From assembly GCA_963760795.1 (NCBI GenBank), contig CAVXEP010000013.1, positions 96,001 to 160,000 on the forward strand: DNA of 64,000 nt, read 5' to 3'. Both the position numbers and the translations under genes were made by a program. This stretch comes from an uncultured delta proteobacterium (GTDB taxonomy: Bacteria; Desulfobacterota; Binatia; UBA9968). Position 1 is the first letter of the stretch. Each line of letters opens with the position of its first letter. Under the pieces are notes generated by a model. It was not told where the DNA came from. It did no database searches and saw only the letters and a list, made by a program, of their open reading frames with translations. Shown here one piece after another: positions 35,551 through 45,750 of the stretch.

Positions 35551-36681
35551 ATGAAAGCCATCGTCATCAGACAGTTCGGCGCCCCCGAAGTCATGCGCCT
35601 CGAGGATGTCGCCGAGCCCAAAGCTGCGCCCGGCGAAATCGTCATCAAAGTCCACTCGGTGTCGGTCAACCGCACCCTCGATTGCATCGTGCGTGCCGGC
35701 AATTATCCGGTGACCATCGAGATGCCCCATGTCCTCGGCGTCGATCCGGCCGGCGAAGTCGTCGAACTCGGTAGCGGCGTCACCCGCTTCAAAATCGGCG
35801 ATCGCGTCGCGACAATCTCGATCATCCGCTGTGGCCAGTGCAAGCAATGCGCGCGCGGCCTCGAAGCCAATTGTCTCGCGAGCCAACATATCGGTCTGCA
35901 TCGCTGGGGCGGCTACGCCGAATATGTCGCTGTACCCGAGCGCAACGCCTTCAAGATCGCCGACAACTTGACGTACGCCGAAGGTACCGTGATCACCCGC
36001 CACTATCCGATGGCGTTCAACTTGCTCACCGGCAAGACTCAGGTCCAAGCCGGCGAATGGGTTTTGGTCATGGGCGCCACCGGCGCGCTGGGTAGTTGCT
36101 GCGTACAAGTGGCGAAAATGTTCGGCGCCAGAGTGATCGCCGCCGCCGGCGCCGATGAGAGAGTCGAACTGGCGATGAAGAGCGGCGCAGACTTCGGCAT
36201 CAACTATCGCACTCAAGATCTCGCTAAGGAGGTCATGGCACTCACCGACGGCGACGGCGTCGATATCGTCTGCGAAAGCATCGCTGACCCGACCTTGTGG
36301 CCTGGCGCGTTCAACAGCCTCGCCATCGGCGGCCGCATGGTCACCGCCGGCGCCCATGGCGGCGGCAACGTCATGCTCGACGTCAAGCGCTTGTACCAGC
36401 GCCGCATCAGCATCCTCGGCGCGGCGGGCACCAATCCGCCTGACGTGGAGAAAGCCTTAGAAGCCGCCCGCGCCGGCAAGATCAGAGCGATTCCCCATCG
36501 CAAAATGGCACTAAGCCAAGCCCCAGAGGCGCACCGCATTGTCGAGAACAATCAGATCATCGGCAAGATAATTCTGGAACCGGCCCAAGAATTAGGTATA
36601 TTTCCCGCAAAGGTGCCAAGCTTGCAAAGGTTCGGAAAGAGTTTTTCCGAACTTACCATCTTTGCGCCTTTGCGGGAGTAA
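35551..36681 (+). CDS. Zinc-binding MDR alcohol dehydrogenase / quinone oxidoreductase
   Basis: CGQCKQC...C structural Zn motif, GATGALG, GKIIL. Confidence 0.88.
   Translation: MKAIVIRQFGAPEVMRLEDVAEPKAAPGEIVIKVHSVSVNRTLDCIVRAGNYPVTIEMPHVLGVDPAGEVVELGSGVTRFKIGDRVATISIIRCGQCKQCARGLEANCLASQHIGLHRWGGYAEYVAVPERNAFKIADNLTYAEGTVITRHYPMAFNLLTGKTQVQAGEWVLVMGATGALGSCCVQVAKMFGARVIAAAGADERVELAMKSGADFGINYRTQDLAKEVMALTDGDGVDIVCESIADPTLWPGAFNSLAIGGRMVTAGAHGGGNVMLDVKRLYQRRISILGAAGTNPPDVEKALEAARAGKIRAIPHRKMALSQAPEAHRIVENNQIIGKIILEPAQELGIFPAKVPSLQRFGKSFSELTIFAPLRE
36601..36678. repeat. Palindrome, family A variant (cgcaaag units), inside the 3' end of the dehydrogenase ORF
   Basis: tcccgcaaaggtgccaag...ttcggaaa...tttccgaa...ctttgcgcctttgcggga. 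Confidence 0.7.
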
Positions 36682-36758
36682 ATCCGAATCCCCCACTGCG
36701 TTTACAGCACGCAAGTCAACATGCTAAACACCAAGTAAAGCAATCGTAGGAGGAACCC

Positions 36759-37610
36759 ATGGCACAGATCGTTTCGATCATCGGCATCACGCACAATCCG
36801 TTCATGCCGCGCCTGTTCAAACAAGCGCAGCAGCCGCCCGGCGCCGCCAAAGTCAAGGAACGCATCGCCATGATGCGCCAGAAGCTTGCCGAGGCCAAAG
36901 TCGACGTGCTCGTGTGTATCGGCAACGATCATCTGCATCAATTTTTCATGGACAACATGCCGGCGTTCATGATCGGCAAGATGGAGCAGTACGACGGCAC
37001 GTTTTACGACGAGGAGCGCGAGTTCGGCTTGCCGAAGTGCAAGCTCCAGGGCGACCTCGACGTCTCCGACGCTATCATGGAGGGCGCCTTCGACCGCGGC
37101 GTCGATTTTTCCTATTCGAATGAACTGACCATCGACCACTCGATCGTCGTGCCGATGATGTTCGTCCGGCCCGAGATGGATATCCCCATCGTGCCGATCT
37201 TGACCAACTGCATCGCCCCGCCGATGCCGCGAGCAAAACGCTACTTCGAGGTCGGCAAAGCGATCCGCGCCGCCATCGACAGCCTGCCGTCCAATAAACG
37301 CATCGGCGTGCTCGTCAGCGGCCATCTATCCCTGGAAATCGGCGGCCCGAAAATGTTCGAGCCGCGCCTCACCGATCCGAACTTCGACGCCAACGCGGTG
37401 GGCTGGATCGTCAACGGCAACATCGACGCCGCCACCGACGCGTGCGCCCCAGAAAAGATGCTCCAATACGGCAACATGACCACAGGCTATTTGAACTTCA
37501 TCATGATGATGGGCGTCGCCAATCTGGCCAAGCCATCCTACGCCGAAGGCTTGGACGCCGGATTTCCCGCGATCCCGTTTTTTAGCTGGGATCAGCAGTC
37601 CAAGATCTAA
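36759..37610 (+). CDS. LigB-like (class III extradiol dioxygenase fold) protein
   Basis: GITHNP, GNDHLHQFF, IDHSIVVP, PPMP; AGGAGG SD. Confidence 0.85.
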   Translation: MAQIVSIIGITHNPFMPRLFKQAQQPPGAAKVKERIAMMRQKLAEAKVDVLVCIGNDHLHQFFMDNMPAFMIGKMEQYDGTFYDEEREFGLPKCKLQGDLDVSDAIMEGAFDRGVDFSYSNELTIDHSIVVPMMFVRPEMDIPIVPILTNCIAPPMPRAKRYFEVGKAIRAAIDSLPSNKRIGVLVSGHLSLEIGGPKMFEPRLTDPNFDANAVGWIVNGNIDAATDACAPEKMLQYGNMTTGYLNFIMMMGVANLAKPSYAEGLDAGFPAIPFFSWDQQSKI

Positions 37611-37632
37611 GGATCTATTCTAGAGGGCAACA

Positions 37633-37905
37633 ATGGATTTTAAGATTCTCTCCACCGTCTTCACTTCCGTCTTCATCGCCGAGCTCGGCGACAAGACCCA
37701 ACTGGCGACGATGCTATTCGCCGCGGACAAGGACACCAGCAAATTGACGGTGTTCCTCGGTGCCGCCGCGGCGCTGGTCGTCACCTCCGCCATCGGCGTC
37801 GCCGCGGGCTCGATCGTATCGAATTACGTCAGCGAAAAGACTCTGCAATATGTGGCGGGAATTGGCTTTATCGGAATCGGGATCTGGACGTTGGCTAAAG
37901 CGTAG
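37633..37905 (+). CDS. TMEM165/GDT1 (UPF0016) family half-size cation transporter
   Basis: AELGDKTQLAT signature; three hydrophobic segments. Confidence 0.9.
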   Translation: MDFKILSTVFTSVFIAELGDKTQLATMLFAADKDTSKLTVFLGAAAALVVTSAIGVAAGSIVSNYVSEKTLQYVAGIGFIGIGIWTLAKA

Positions 37906-37918
37906 ATAAGGAGCGACC

Positions 37919-38230
37919 ATGAGCAAATATTTGATGAACAAACTGATTCATCTCGTCAACATGGATGAAAAAGCCGAAGAAAAGTATTGCGCCAATCCGC
38001 GCGCCTTCGTCGAAGAGTGGGAGAAAACCCAGAAGCTAAAATTAACGCCGGAAGAACGCGAGGCGCTGGCGACCAAAGACTACGGCAAGCTATACGCGCT
38101 GGGAGCCCATCCGTTCACTCTATGGAGTTTTACCGAAGCGGTCTGGATACACGAAGTGGCGCGCCCCGAATTGGTGGCGGACTACAAAGCCAAGGCTACC
38201 AAGGCAGGATATCCAAATTTTAAAACCTGA
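37919..38230 (+). CDS. LigA-like small subunit
   Basis: MSKYLMNK...LTPEEREAL...DYGKLYALGAHPF pattern. Confidence 0.75.
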   Translation: MSKYLMNKLIHLVNMDEKAEEKYCANPRAFVEEWEKTQKLKLTPEEREALATKDYGKLYALGAHPFTLWSFTEAVWIHEVARPELVADYKAKATKAGYPNFKT

Positions 38231-38293
38231 GAGACTAGCCGAGGCGGGCGTTTGAAGGGACGCAGCATACTGCGCCCTTTGCGCAAGTCGCGG

Positions 38294-39572
38294 TTACTCG
38301 TTCTTCCGCGCTTCCTGCTCCATGGCGCGCGTATAGCCCTTCCAGTCACTGACCCCGCTAACCAAATCCGAAATCACCAACAGGTGCGACAAAATATTCT
38401 GCTCTGGCTTGCGAATAACATGGGGCGGCTCGCCGCCCGCTTGAATATCGCGGATCGCTTTTTCCATCAGCTTGCGCGCTGCCACGATGGCGATATCGGA
38501 GGAGACGATGTTTTCCCGTGTGCGGTCTTGCACCGCGCCCTGGCTGCCGGTGGCAAACGCGTCGTGGGTCTGAAAGCCGCTGCCCATGCCGGTATAGGTT
38601 TGCGTCTGCATCGACTGGCGGTCCTGCATAAAATGGTTCGACTGGTTGCGCACCGGCCGGTAGTGCTCGTCGACTTCCGCCAGGGATTTGTCGATCACCT
38701 CCTGGTCGAGGGCAACTTCGCGGTTGAAGAAGAAACAATATTTCCAATGATGGGTATCGTCGATCGGCACATGCCAGTTGATACCATAGCCTTGCCCGCC
38801 GGTTTGGCCAGGAAACGTGCTTAGATTGGGCAGGACAAAATTCGACACCCGAAGATAAATCTTATCGTCGCCCATCTGGCGGACTGAATAGATGCGCACG
38901 CCGAAATCGGTGATCTCGACATCCAGCGTCGGCGGTTGAGCTTTGGCGATCAAGTTATAATGGGACTCGTCGCTGCCGCGCACGCCGGTGTAGCGTTCTT
39001 CTTTATGCTCAAGAAAGCGATGCAGAAACGACAAGTGCACCGGATCGATGTTGCCCTCGTTGGCCTGCAAGTAATTGCACTCGTGATAAACTTTGTAAAC
39101 GCAAAAGTGCCCTGCCGGTTGATTCAAAAATTCATAATTGGGTAACAGCGGCGGTTCGCCCGGTCCCATGTAAGTGAAAACTACACCGCTCTTTTCCTGG
39201 CAAGGATAGGCGAGATGACGGATGGCGGCAGCGATTGGCGCCGCCGCCCGGTTCGCCCGGCTGCTCCAAACAGCGGCCGCGAATATCGTAGAGCCAACCA
39301 TGGTAGAGACAACGCAGTCCGCCGTCCTCGATGCGGCCATAGCTCAAATCAGTGCCACGATGGGAGCAATGCAAACCGAGCAAGCCAACCCGGCCTTGAT
39401 CGTCGCGAAACAGCGCCAAGTCCTCGCCGAGAATCCGCACAGGTAGTGGCGCGCCACCTGGGGGCAACTCGGAAACCAACGCCACCGGCTGCCAGTAGCG
39501 CCGCAACAGCTCGCCGGCTGGTGCACCGCGATTGGTTTGGGTCAACAATTGATTTTCTTCGTTGGTGATCAT
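38294..39572 (-). CDS. Rieske non-heme iron oxygenase alpha subunit (phthalate 4,5-dioxygenase/LigX-like), frameshifted
   Basis: GELLRRYWQP, CSHRG...CLYHGW Rieske motif, EGNIDPVHLSFLH iron motif. Confidence 0.9.
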
Positions 39573-39598
39573 GGCGCTATTTTCGACTTTCCTGACAG

Positions 39599-40708
39599 TT
39601 ATTTCAAAAGCTTGGTCGCCAATGCGATTGCCGGCGTTCTTATCTTCTTCACCGACGACTCCAGATGGGTTTCCAAGCGTAGATAATCGTCCACCGTCAT
39701 GACGTCTTTGCAACCCTGGCTGCCTGCCTCCTTCAACCACGCCGTGCTCACGTCGAGCCGCCGGGTGCCCTGGGTCATCGCTTTACCGTAAAGTTCCTGG
39801 CCTTCTTTACTGAGCAGCCAGTTGACGAAGATTTTTGCCGCGTTCGGATGGGGTGGGTTTTTTATCACCGTCACCACGCCGCTGCCGTTATTGGCATGGG
39901 CGCCTTCTCTGACGCGCGGCACCGGCTTCACCGGCAGTCCGGCCTTGATAAACGGATCGTAAGTGTAGTGGCTCAAGCCAAGAGTGAAGGCGAGCTTGCC
40001 TTTCGCCAAGCCATCGGCGAGCTGGCGCAAGTTCTGATTGATAAGCAAATCCTGCTGCGCGAGCTTGGTCAGAAACTCTTCGCCTTTGGTTTTCCAGATA
40101 AACGACCAGGTGTTTTGCCCCGAGCCGGGGCTGCGCGGATCGAGCAAACCGATGCGTCCTTTCCACTTGGGATTCAATAGATCGTCAAAGGAACGGATCT
40201 CACTGGGTTCCGCCTGGCTGCTGTTGTACCACCAGGTCTCGCTCGTGTAACAGAGAAAGGCGTAGACATGTTTCTTGGTACTAACGTTATCTTCCCAGAT
40301 ATGGCCACCCCACCAGTTCTTGGGATCCTTCACTTCCGGCAAAATCATGTACGCATTGAAATCGTCGGCGGCGCCCATTGCGACCATCGACAGCGGTGTT
40401 GCACCGCCGGCCACGAGCACGTCGTAATAGCGCACGCCGGCATTGTATTCCGTGATGATGCGCGTCACGTTCTCCGGCCCACGCGCCGCCAAAAGCTCAA
40501 TGGAGATACCGAACTTGTCTTTGAATTTCTGTCCGATCGCCGTGCGCAGCTCGGTACTGGCGGGAATGCCGACGACAACGATACCCTCTTTGCGTGCCTC
40601 GGCCAGGGTTTGCTTCCATTCGACCTGCCCCTCGGCGGCAAGCACTGGATTCGCAAGCAGCGAACCCGCCAAGAGCAGCGAGAAAATTTTGTTGGTAAAA
40701 TGATTCAC
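39599..40708 (-). CDS. ABC substrate-binding protein (SBP_bac_6-like)
   Basis: Signal peptide, DLLNPKWKG, PPHPNAAKIFVNWLLSKEGQ. Confidence 0.88.
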   Translation of the reverse strand: MNHFTNKIFSLLLAGSLLANPVLAAEGQVEWKQTLAEARKEGIVVVGIPASTELRTAIGQKFKDKFGISIELLAARGPENVTRIITEYNAGVRYYDVLVAGGATPLSMVAMGAADDFNAYMILPEVKDPKNWWGGHIWEDNVSTKKHVYAFLCYTSETWWYNSSQAEPSEIRSFDDLLNPKWKGRIGLLDPRSPGSGQNTWSFIWKTKGEEFLTKLAQQDLLINQNLRQLADGLAKGKLAFTLGLSHYTYDPFIKAGLPVKPVPRVREGAHANNGSGVVTVIKNPPHPNAAKIFVNWLLSKEGQELYGKAMTQGTRRLDVSTAWLKEAGSQGCKDVMTVDDYLRLETHLESSVKKIRTPAIALATKLLK

Positions 40709-40711
40709 ACT

Positions 40712-42169
40712 CTACGCTCCAGGAAACGGAATCACATTGCGAAATTTTTTGATCACTTGCTCGCGCAACTCGCGGCTGGAGCGGCTGACTTTAGGAAATT
40801 TATCTTTCCAATGGAACGGCCGCACGGCGTAGAAGATAGCCCGGCCGTTGGTGTGGTCTTTCGACTCACGCTTGTCCGGCGGCATGCGCGGATCGAGCGG
40901 CGTCGACCAGGCGCCGTCGACGATGTCGATGTTGGTCGGAGGATCGACCCGCGTCATCATCGCCCACAGCACTTCTTTCATATTGGTCGGATCGATGTCG
41001 TCGTCGACCACGACCACGTAGCGGCCGTTGCGCGCCGACGCCGCGCAACTGACGGCGGCGAGGCCGGCCTGCTTGGCGTGGCCGGGGAATTTCTGCTCGA
41101 TGGCGACCACGGTCATGTACGGCGAGTGATTGTAAACCCCGACAACGTTTTGGACGCCGGCGGCTTCGAGCTGATCCCAGAGAATGCCAGCCGTCGGATT
41201 GCCATCGATCTTCATCGCGCCGGTCCACAGCGGCGCTTCCTCTTCGAGGATCGGATCGTTGCGATGATAGATCGCCTTGACGCGAATCACCGGCTGCGCT
41301 TCGCCGGTGCCAATGGTACCGCCGGAATAGTAACCCGGCCATTCGCCAAACGGCCCCTCGGCGCGCGCCTCCTCGCTCGGCGGCGGAATCTCGCCTTCTA
41401 TGGCAATCTCCGCGCCGGCGGGAATCGGCAAGCCTGTCACAGGGCCGCGGATAAATTCCAACGGCCGGCCCATCAATCCACCGGCGTAATCGAGTTCCGA
41501 TTTACCATACGCGAGTTTGGTATGCGCCAAGGTGAATAGCAGCGGATCGCTGCCAAAGGTCGCCACCACCGGGCAGCTCTTGCCCTGCTGCCAATACTTG
41601 GCGCAAATCAGCCGGCCATCCTGCCCTGGACTCATCCACAGACCGAGTAGATTCTTTTCATGCAACTGAATCCGGTAGGTGCCGGCGTTAATGAAACCGC
41701 TATCGGGGTCGGCATTGATCAGACAATCGCCGGTGCCGATGTAGCGCCCGCCGTCGCCGTCGTGGAAACGCGGCGCGGGAAATTTCAGCAGATCGACCTG
41801 GTGACCTTGCATGACGTTTTCCATCAGCGGCGAACTCTTGACCTCCGCGGCTGGAATAGAATTGCCGGACTTCATCTTGCGCGCCAGCAAGCGCACCACT
41901 TCAAGCTTGGTTTTCCCCGGCGCAATGCCGAAGGCCAACGCGGTACGTTTGTAGTTGGCGAAAGCCAGGCTGACCAGACGAAATCCCGCTGGATAGTCCT
42001 TGATCTTGTCGAACAGCAGCATGGGCCGCTCATCGAGCTCCGCCGTCGCCTCGATCAACGCGCCGATCTCGTTGTTCCAATCGGCGCCTTCGATCAAACG
42101 CCACTCGCTGACTTTCTTGGCGGCTTCGATGAAACCGCGAAAATCTTTATAGGGAATTTCATCCATCAT
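40712..42169 (-). CDS. UbiD-family (prFMN-dependent) decarboxylase
   Basis: DGGRYIGT, NAGTYR, EGPFGEWPGYY, VVDDDID. Confidence 0.92.
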   Translation of the reverse strand: MMDEIPYKDFRGFIEAAKKVSEWRLIEGADWNNEIGALIEATAELDERPMLLFDKIKDYPAGFRLVSLAFANYKRTALAFGIAPGKTKLEVVRLLARKMKSGNSIPAAEVKSSPLMENVMQGHQVDLLKFPAPRFHDGDGGRYIGTGDCLINADPDSGFINAGTYRIQLHEKNLLGLWMSPGQDGRLICAKYWQQGKSCPVVATFGSDPLLFTLAHTKLAYGKSELDYAGGLMGRPLEFIRGPVTGLPIPAGAEIAIEGEIPPPSEEARAEGPFGEWPGYYSGGTIGTGEAQPVIRVKAIYHRNDPILEEEAPLWTGAMKIDGNPTAGILWDQLEAAGVQNVVGVYNHSPYMTVVAIEQKFPGHAKQAGLAAVSCAASARNGRYVVVVDDDIDPTNMKEVLWAMMTRVDPPTNIDIVDGAWSTPLDPRMPPDKRESKDHTNGRAIFYAVRPFHWKDKFPKVSRSSRELREQVIKKFRNVIPFPGA

Positions 42170-42256
42170 GATGCTCGCTGGTTATCGCCTGCTCAAATCC
42201 GCGCTCCGACTTCCGGCGATTCGAACGGCTTGAACGTTTTCAACTTCATCCACGGA

Positions 42257-43375
42257 TTATTGCAACACCTTCTCCGCGAACTTCTGCGCTTTCAACCTGA
42301 CCTCGACGCACTTGTCTTCGAGATAGTTGCGCATTTTCTCGTTATCCTTCGGACTCAAAGTGTCCTTCGACGCTTCCACGCCTTGCTTCGCCATCCACTT
42401 GGTGTCGACGTCAAGCCGGCGCGTGCCGTGCAACAGCACTCGGCTGTAGATTTCCTGCCCTTCTTTGCTCAATAGCCAGTTGACGAACACCTTCGTCGCA
42501 TTGGGGTGGGGCGGATTTTTGACCACCGCCAGCGTGCCGTAGCCGTTGCTCGACGGATTACCTTCGCTGGGATCGGGAAGATCTTTGATCGGCAAACCTG
42601 CCTTGACGAAGGGTTCGGTCTGCGCCAAGCCGATGCCCAGCGTGATCGCCAGTTTGCCCTTGGCCAGCGCCTCGGCGAGCTGCCGAAGGTTTTGCGTAAC
42701 GAAGAGATCCTGCTGCACAAGCTTTTTTAAAAACTCTTCACCCTTGAGATCCCATAGATAGGACCAGACCGACAATCCCGAGCCCGCCACGCGCGGGTCG
42801 CTCAAACCGATCTTCCCCTTCCATTTTGGGTTGAGCAGATCGTCTAGCGAGCGAAACTCCTCGGGTTTCGAGAGCGACGTGTTGTACCAATAGCCTTCGG
42901 TACTCTTGGTTGAGATGAAGGAATAGAAAAGCTTGGTGCCGCTGACGTTGTCCATGAAAACATGGCCGCTCCACCACTGTTTAGGCTCCTTCACCTCGGG
43001 GAGAATCATGTAGGGCTCGATCTGATCGAATATCCCCGACTTGATCAACGGCACACCGGTGCAGGAGCCGAAAATGAACGAATCGAAATAGCGCACGCCG
43101 GCTTTGCCTTCGGTGACGATGCGATTGGCGATCTGCGGACCGGTGGCGGAAAAGATTTCCATCTCGAATCCGAAGCGCGCCTTAAATGCCGGTTCAAGCT
43201 CGCGCCGCAGCTCGGCGCTCGGTGGCAGCCCGACGACAACCTTGCCTTCCTTCTTCGCCGCCGCCACCGTCTTGTCCCACTCCGTCTGCCAAGATTGCTG
43301 CGCGTATAACACGGGTGACTTAGCGAGCAAACAGACTACGCCCAATAGGGCTGATAAGACGAATTTCGCTTTCAT
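42257..43375 (-). CDS. ABC substrate-binding protein, paralog of 39599..40708
   Basis: Shared ELR, YMILPEVK-PK-WW-GH, QNLRQLA and RRLDV segments. Confidence 0.88.
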   Translation of the reverse strand: MKAKFVLSALLGVVCLLAKSPVLYAQQSWQTEWDKTVAAAKKEGKVVVGLPPSAELRRELEPAFKARFGFEMEIFSATGPQIANRIVTEGKAGVRYFDSFIFGSCTGVPLIKSGIFDQIEPYMILPEVKEPKQWWSGHVFMDNVSGTKLFYSFISTKSTEGYWYNTSLSKPEEFRSLDDLLNPKWKGKIGLSDPRVAGSGLSVWSYLWDLKGEEFLKKLVQQDLFVTQNLRQLAEALAKGKLAITLGIGLAQTEPFVKAGLPIKDLPDPSEGNPSSNGYGTLAVVKNPPHPNATKVFVNWLLSKEGQEIYSRVLLHGTRRLDVDTKWMAKQGVEASKDTLSPKDNEKMRNYLEDKCVEVRLKAQKFAEKVLQ

Positions 43376-43533
43376 AGTTTGAAGACTTTGGGTTCTTTGC
43401 GGCTCATCACCCGTGAATTTTCCGACTCGTGTCTCATGCCTTCCGCCTCAATCATATCGCGCGCGCCAACGACAAATCGCTGACTTTTGCCTTACCACCG
43501 ATCATTCTGCCTCCATGAAATACGACTTTCGTT

Positions 43534-43617
43534 TTTCACCACGAAGGTCACGAAGAGCACGAAGTTGCAGCAAATAATTTCCGAAACCTTCGTGTCCTTC
43601 GTGCCTCCGTGGTGAAA
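43534..43617. repeat. Intergenic palindrome, family A
   Basis: ttcaccacgaaggtcacgaagagcacgaag...ttccgaaaccttcgtgtccttcgtgcctccgtggtgaaa. Confidence 0.88.
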
Positions 43618-43645
43618 TAGATCCCAACAACCGATGTCAAATTTT

Positions 43646-44656
43646 CTACTGCACATCGAAGCGCGTCGCGCGCTCCGAGACATTATTGAACGCCTTGGGA
43701 TGCACCAGCTTGCGGCTGTAGAGCACCATGCGCAGGAAGCCGGGGCTGCCGGTGATGCGATGCGCGACGCCGCGCGGGATGTAGGACATTTGCCCCGCGT
43801 CGAGCTCCATGGCGCCCCACTCGGTGTGATTCAGCGAATGGCCGCGGAATTGAAACCAGATTTCGTCCTCGTCGCAGCCGCGATGAAAGCCGTTCTGCTC
43901 TTCTTCGAGATTGTAAACGTCGACGCGAAACTCTTTGCCGTTGTATAGAATCGGCGCGCGCGCGCCGCCCTTGCCGGTCATGCCGGTGAAATAATTGAAC
44001 GCGCTCAACTTGCGCACCGGCCGGCCGCCTTCGCGTTTGCAGCCGATCAACGCTGCGACATCGCGCTCGACCCAGAGATCCGACTGCGGGTCCCAGAAAC
44101 TGATATGCTCCAGCGCCGTTCCGTCACCAGCGCCGTCCGCATTGTGGCCATTGGCAGCGCCGATCGGTTCCGATGGTTTTACACTGAACTTATTTTGCGT
44201 CAGCGGCTTCTCCGGATCGACGCCTTCAGTCATCGCTTCCTGGGTCGCCACGCGCACGCGCAAGCATTGGTCTGAACCGATGCTGCGATGGGAAATCGCC
44301 GAAGGCACCAGGGCGATCTCGCCGGGCTCGATTTCGATGACGCCGCTTTCGCTCTCGATCTTCGAGCGGCCGCAGAACTGCAAATAAACGATGTCAAAAT
44401 CCGCCGCGCGGGTCAGCTGAGTCTCGCGACCGGCGATATGCTCGGTGCTCACGCGCAAGGCATCGCCCTCAAAGACCGTCGCCCGCGCCCGGTTGCCGTT
44501 AAGCGGCGTGCTGCGGAGTAAGTCGAACGGCCGGATATGCGGCACCATCCTTTGCCCCATGCGCGCGGTGCCGATCACCGCGCTCTCGTCGCGCTCCATC
44601 CAGATATGCTCCGAGGGCTCCCGGTGGGTCATGAATTCACGAATTTTCTTCGCCAT
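43646..44656 (-). CDS. Tandem-cupin protein (homogentisate/hydroxyanthranilate dioxygenase-like motifs)
   Basis: Internal duplication; C-half FHRGCDEDEIWFQFRG...YIPRGVAHR. Confidence 0.65.
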   Translation of the reverse strand: MAKKIREFMTHREPSEHIWMERDESAVIGTARMGQRMVPHIRPFDLLRSTPLNGNRARATVFEGDALRVSTEHIAGRETQLTRAADFDIVYLQFCGRSKIESESGVIEIEPGEIALVPSAISHRSIGSDQCLRVRVATQEAMTEGVDPEKPLTQNKFSVKPSEPIGAANGHNADGAGDGTALEHISFWDPQSDLWVERDVAALIGCKREGGRPVRKLSAFNYFTGMTGKGGARAPILYNGKEFRVDVYNLEEEQNGFHRGCDEDEIWFQFRGHSLNHTEWGAMELDAGQMSYIPRGVAHRITGSPGFLRMVLYSRKLVHPKAFNNVSERATRFDVQ

Positions 44657-44713
44657 AAGATTCTCCTTCGTCGGTAATTAATCCTTACTCGAAACTATCG
44701 ATCTCTAGCACAT

Positions 44714-45710
44714 TTAGAGCTTAGGCTTCCATGTTCTTTTTAACTCGCCGTAGACGCGCCGGATAATGGCGTAGTCAAATACTTTGCTCAGGTCGGTGAG
44801 CTTCGGCGCCTTGATCAATTCCGCCCGAGCCGCCACTTCGTCGCGCAAGCACGTCGTCGGACACCGATCCTTCTTCGGTCATGCTCACCAGCGCGCTGTC
44901 GTAATCCACCGCCAAGGCCTCGGCGGGCAATGGATTGTACTTGGCCACCATGGCGAGCGCCGGCTCTTTGTAGCGCCGGGCAAATTCCCGGCCTTTGGCG
45001 ATGGCGCGCAAGTATCGCTCGACCACGCCGGGGTTTTCCGCCAGCAACTTGTTCGACACCGCCACACCGTTCCACACGAGCTGAATTTCCTTGCTCAGAT
45101 CGGCGATCGCGTGGCCGCGCGTCGGACCGACTTGGCTGATGTCGCGCGGCGTCAGCGGCGAGGCATCCACCGAGCCCGACAGAAAGGCCGGGAAGCGCGC
45201 TTCGCTGCGCACCGCGATGAATAGAAACGACTTGGAATCGAAGCGGTACTTCTTCATCAACAGCAGCGTCGCCAGATGACCGGTATCGCCGTAGGTATTG
45301 ATCGCGATCTTCTTGCCGACCAGATCTTGCAAGGTCTTGAGCTCCGGCTTGTTGGACATGAGCTTGTAAGTCGGCCGCGACTGGTTGGTGTAAACGATCT
45401 TAACCGGACCGCCGCGCAGCGCCGCGCTCAACGCCGAACCTGCCGATGAGCTGAAGTGCAGCTGGCCGGATAACAACGTCTGGGTTGCGCTACCACCGCC
45501 CGAACGGATGATCTTGACGCTCAACCCCTCCTCCGCCATGTAACCTCGTTCGATGGCGACCAGGTGATCCATGTACGCCGCGCCCAGCGACGCGAAGGAG
45601 ACGGTCACATCCTCGGCCCAAAGCTGCGGTGACCATGGGATAAGAACCAGCGCTACACACCAGGCGATAGCAGACTGCCGCGAGATTCGATTCATGTTTC
45701 GTCTAAACAT
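44714..45710 (-). CDS. NMT1/SsuA-like substrate-binding protein, frameshift near C-terminus
   Basis: GYMAEEGLSV, DLVGKKIA; alternative frame ends VFDYAIIRRVYGELKRTWKPKL. Confidence 0.8.
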
Positions 45711-45750
45711 TCTGCTCACTCTTCCACACTGACATCGTCCGCTGCTCGGC

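Noticed and set aside
40268-42475. Long plus-strand ORFs (423 aa, 271 aa)
   Set aside because: Antisense to UbiD and SBP genes, which carry the family motifs
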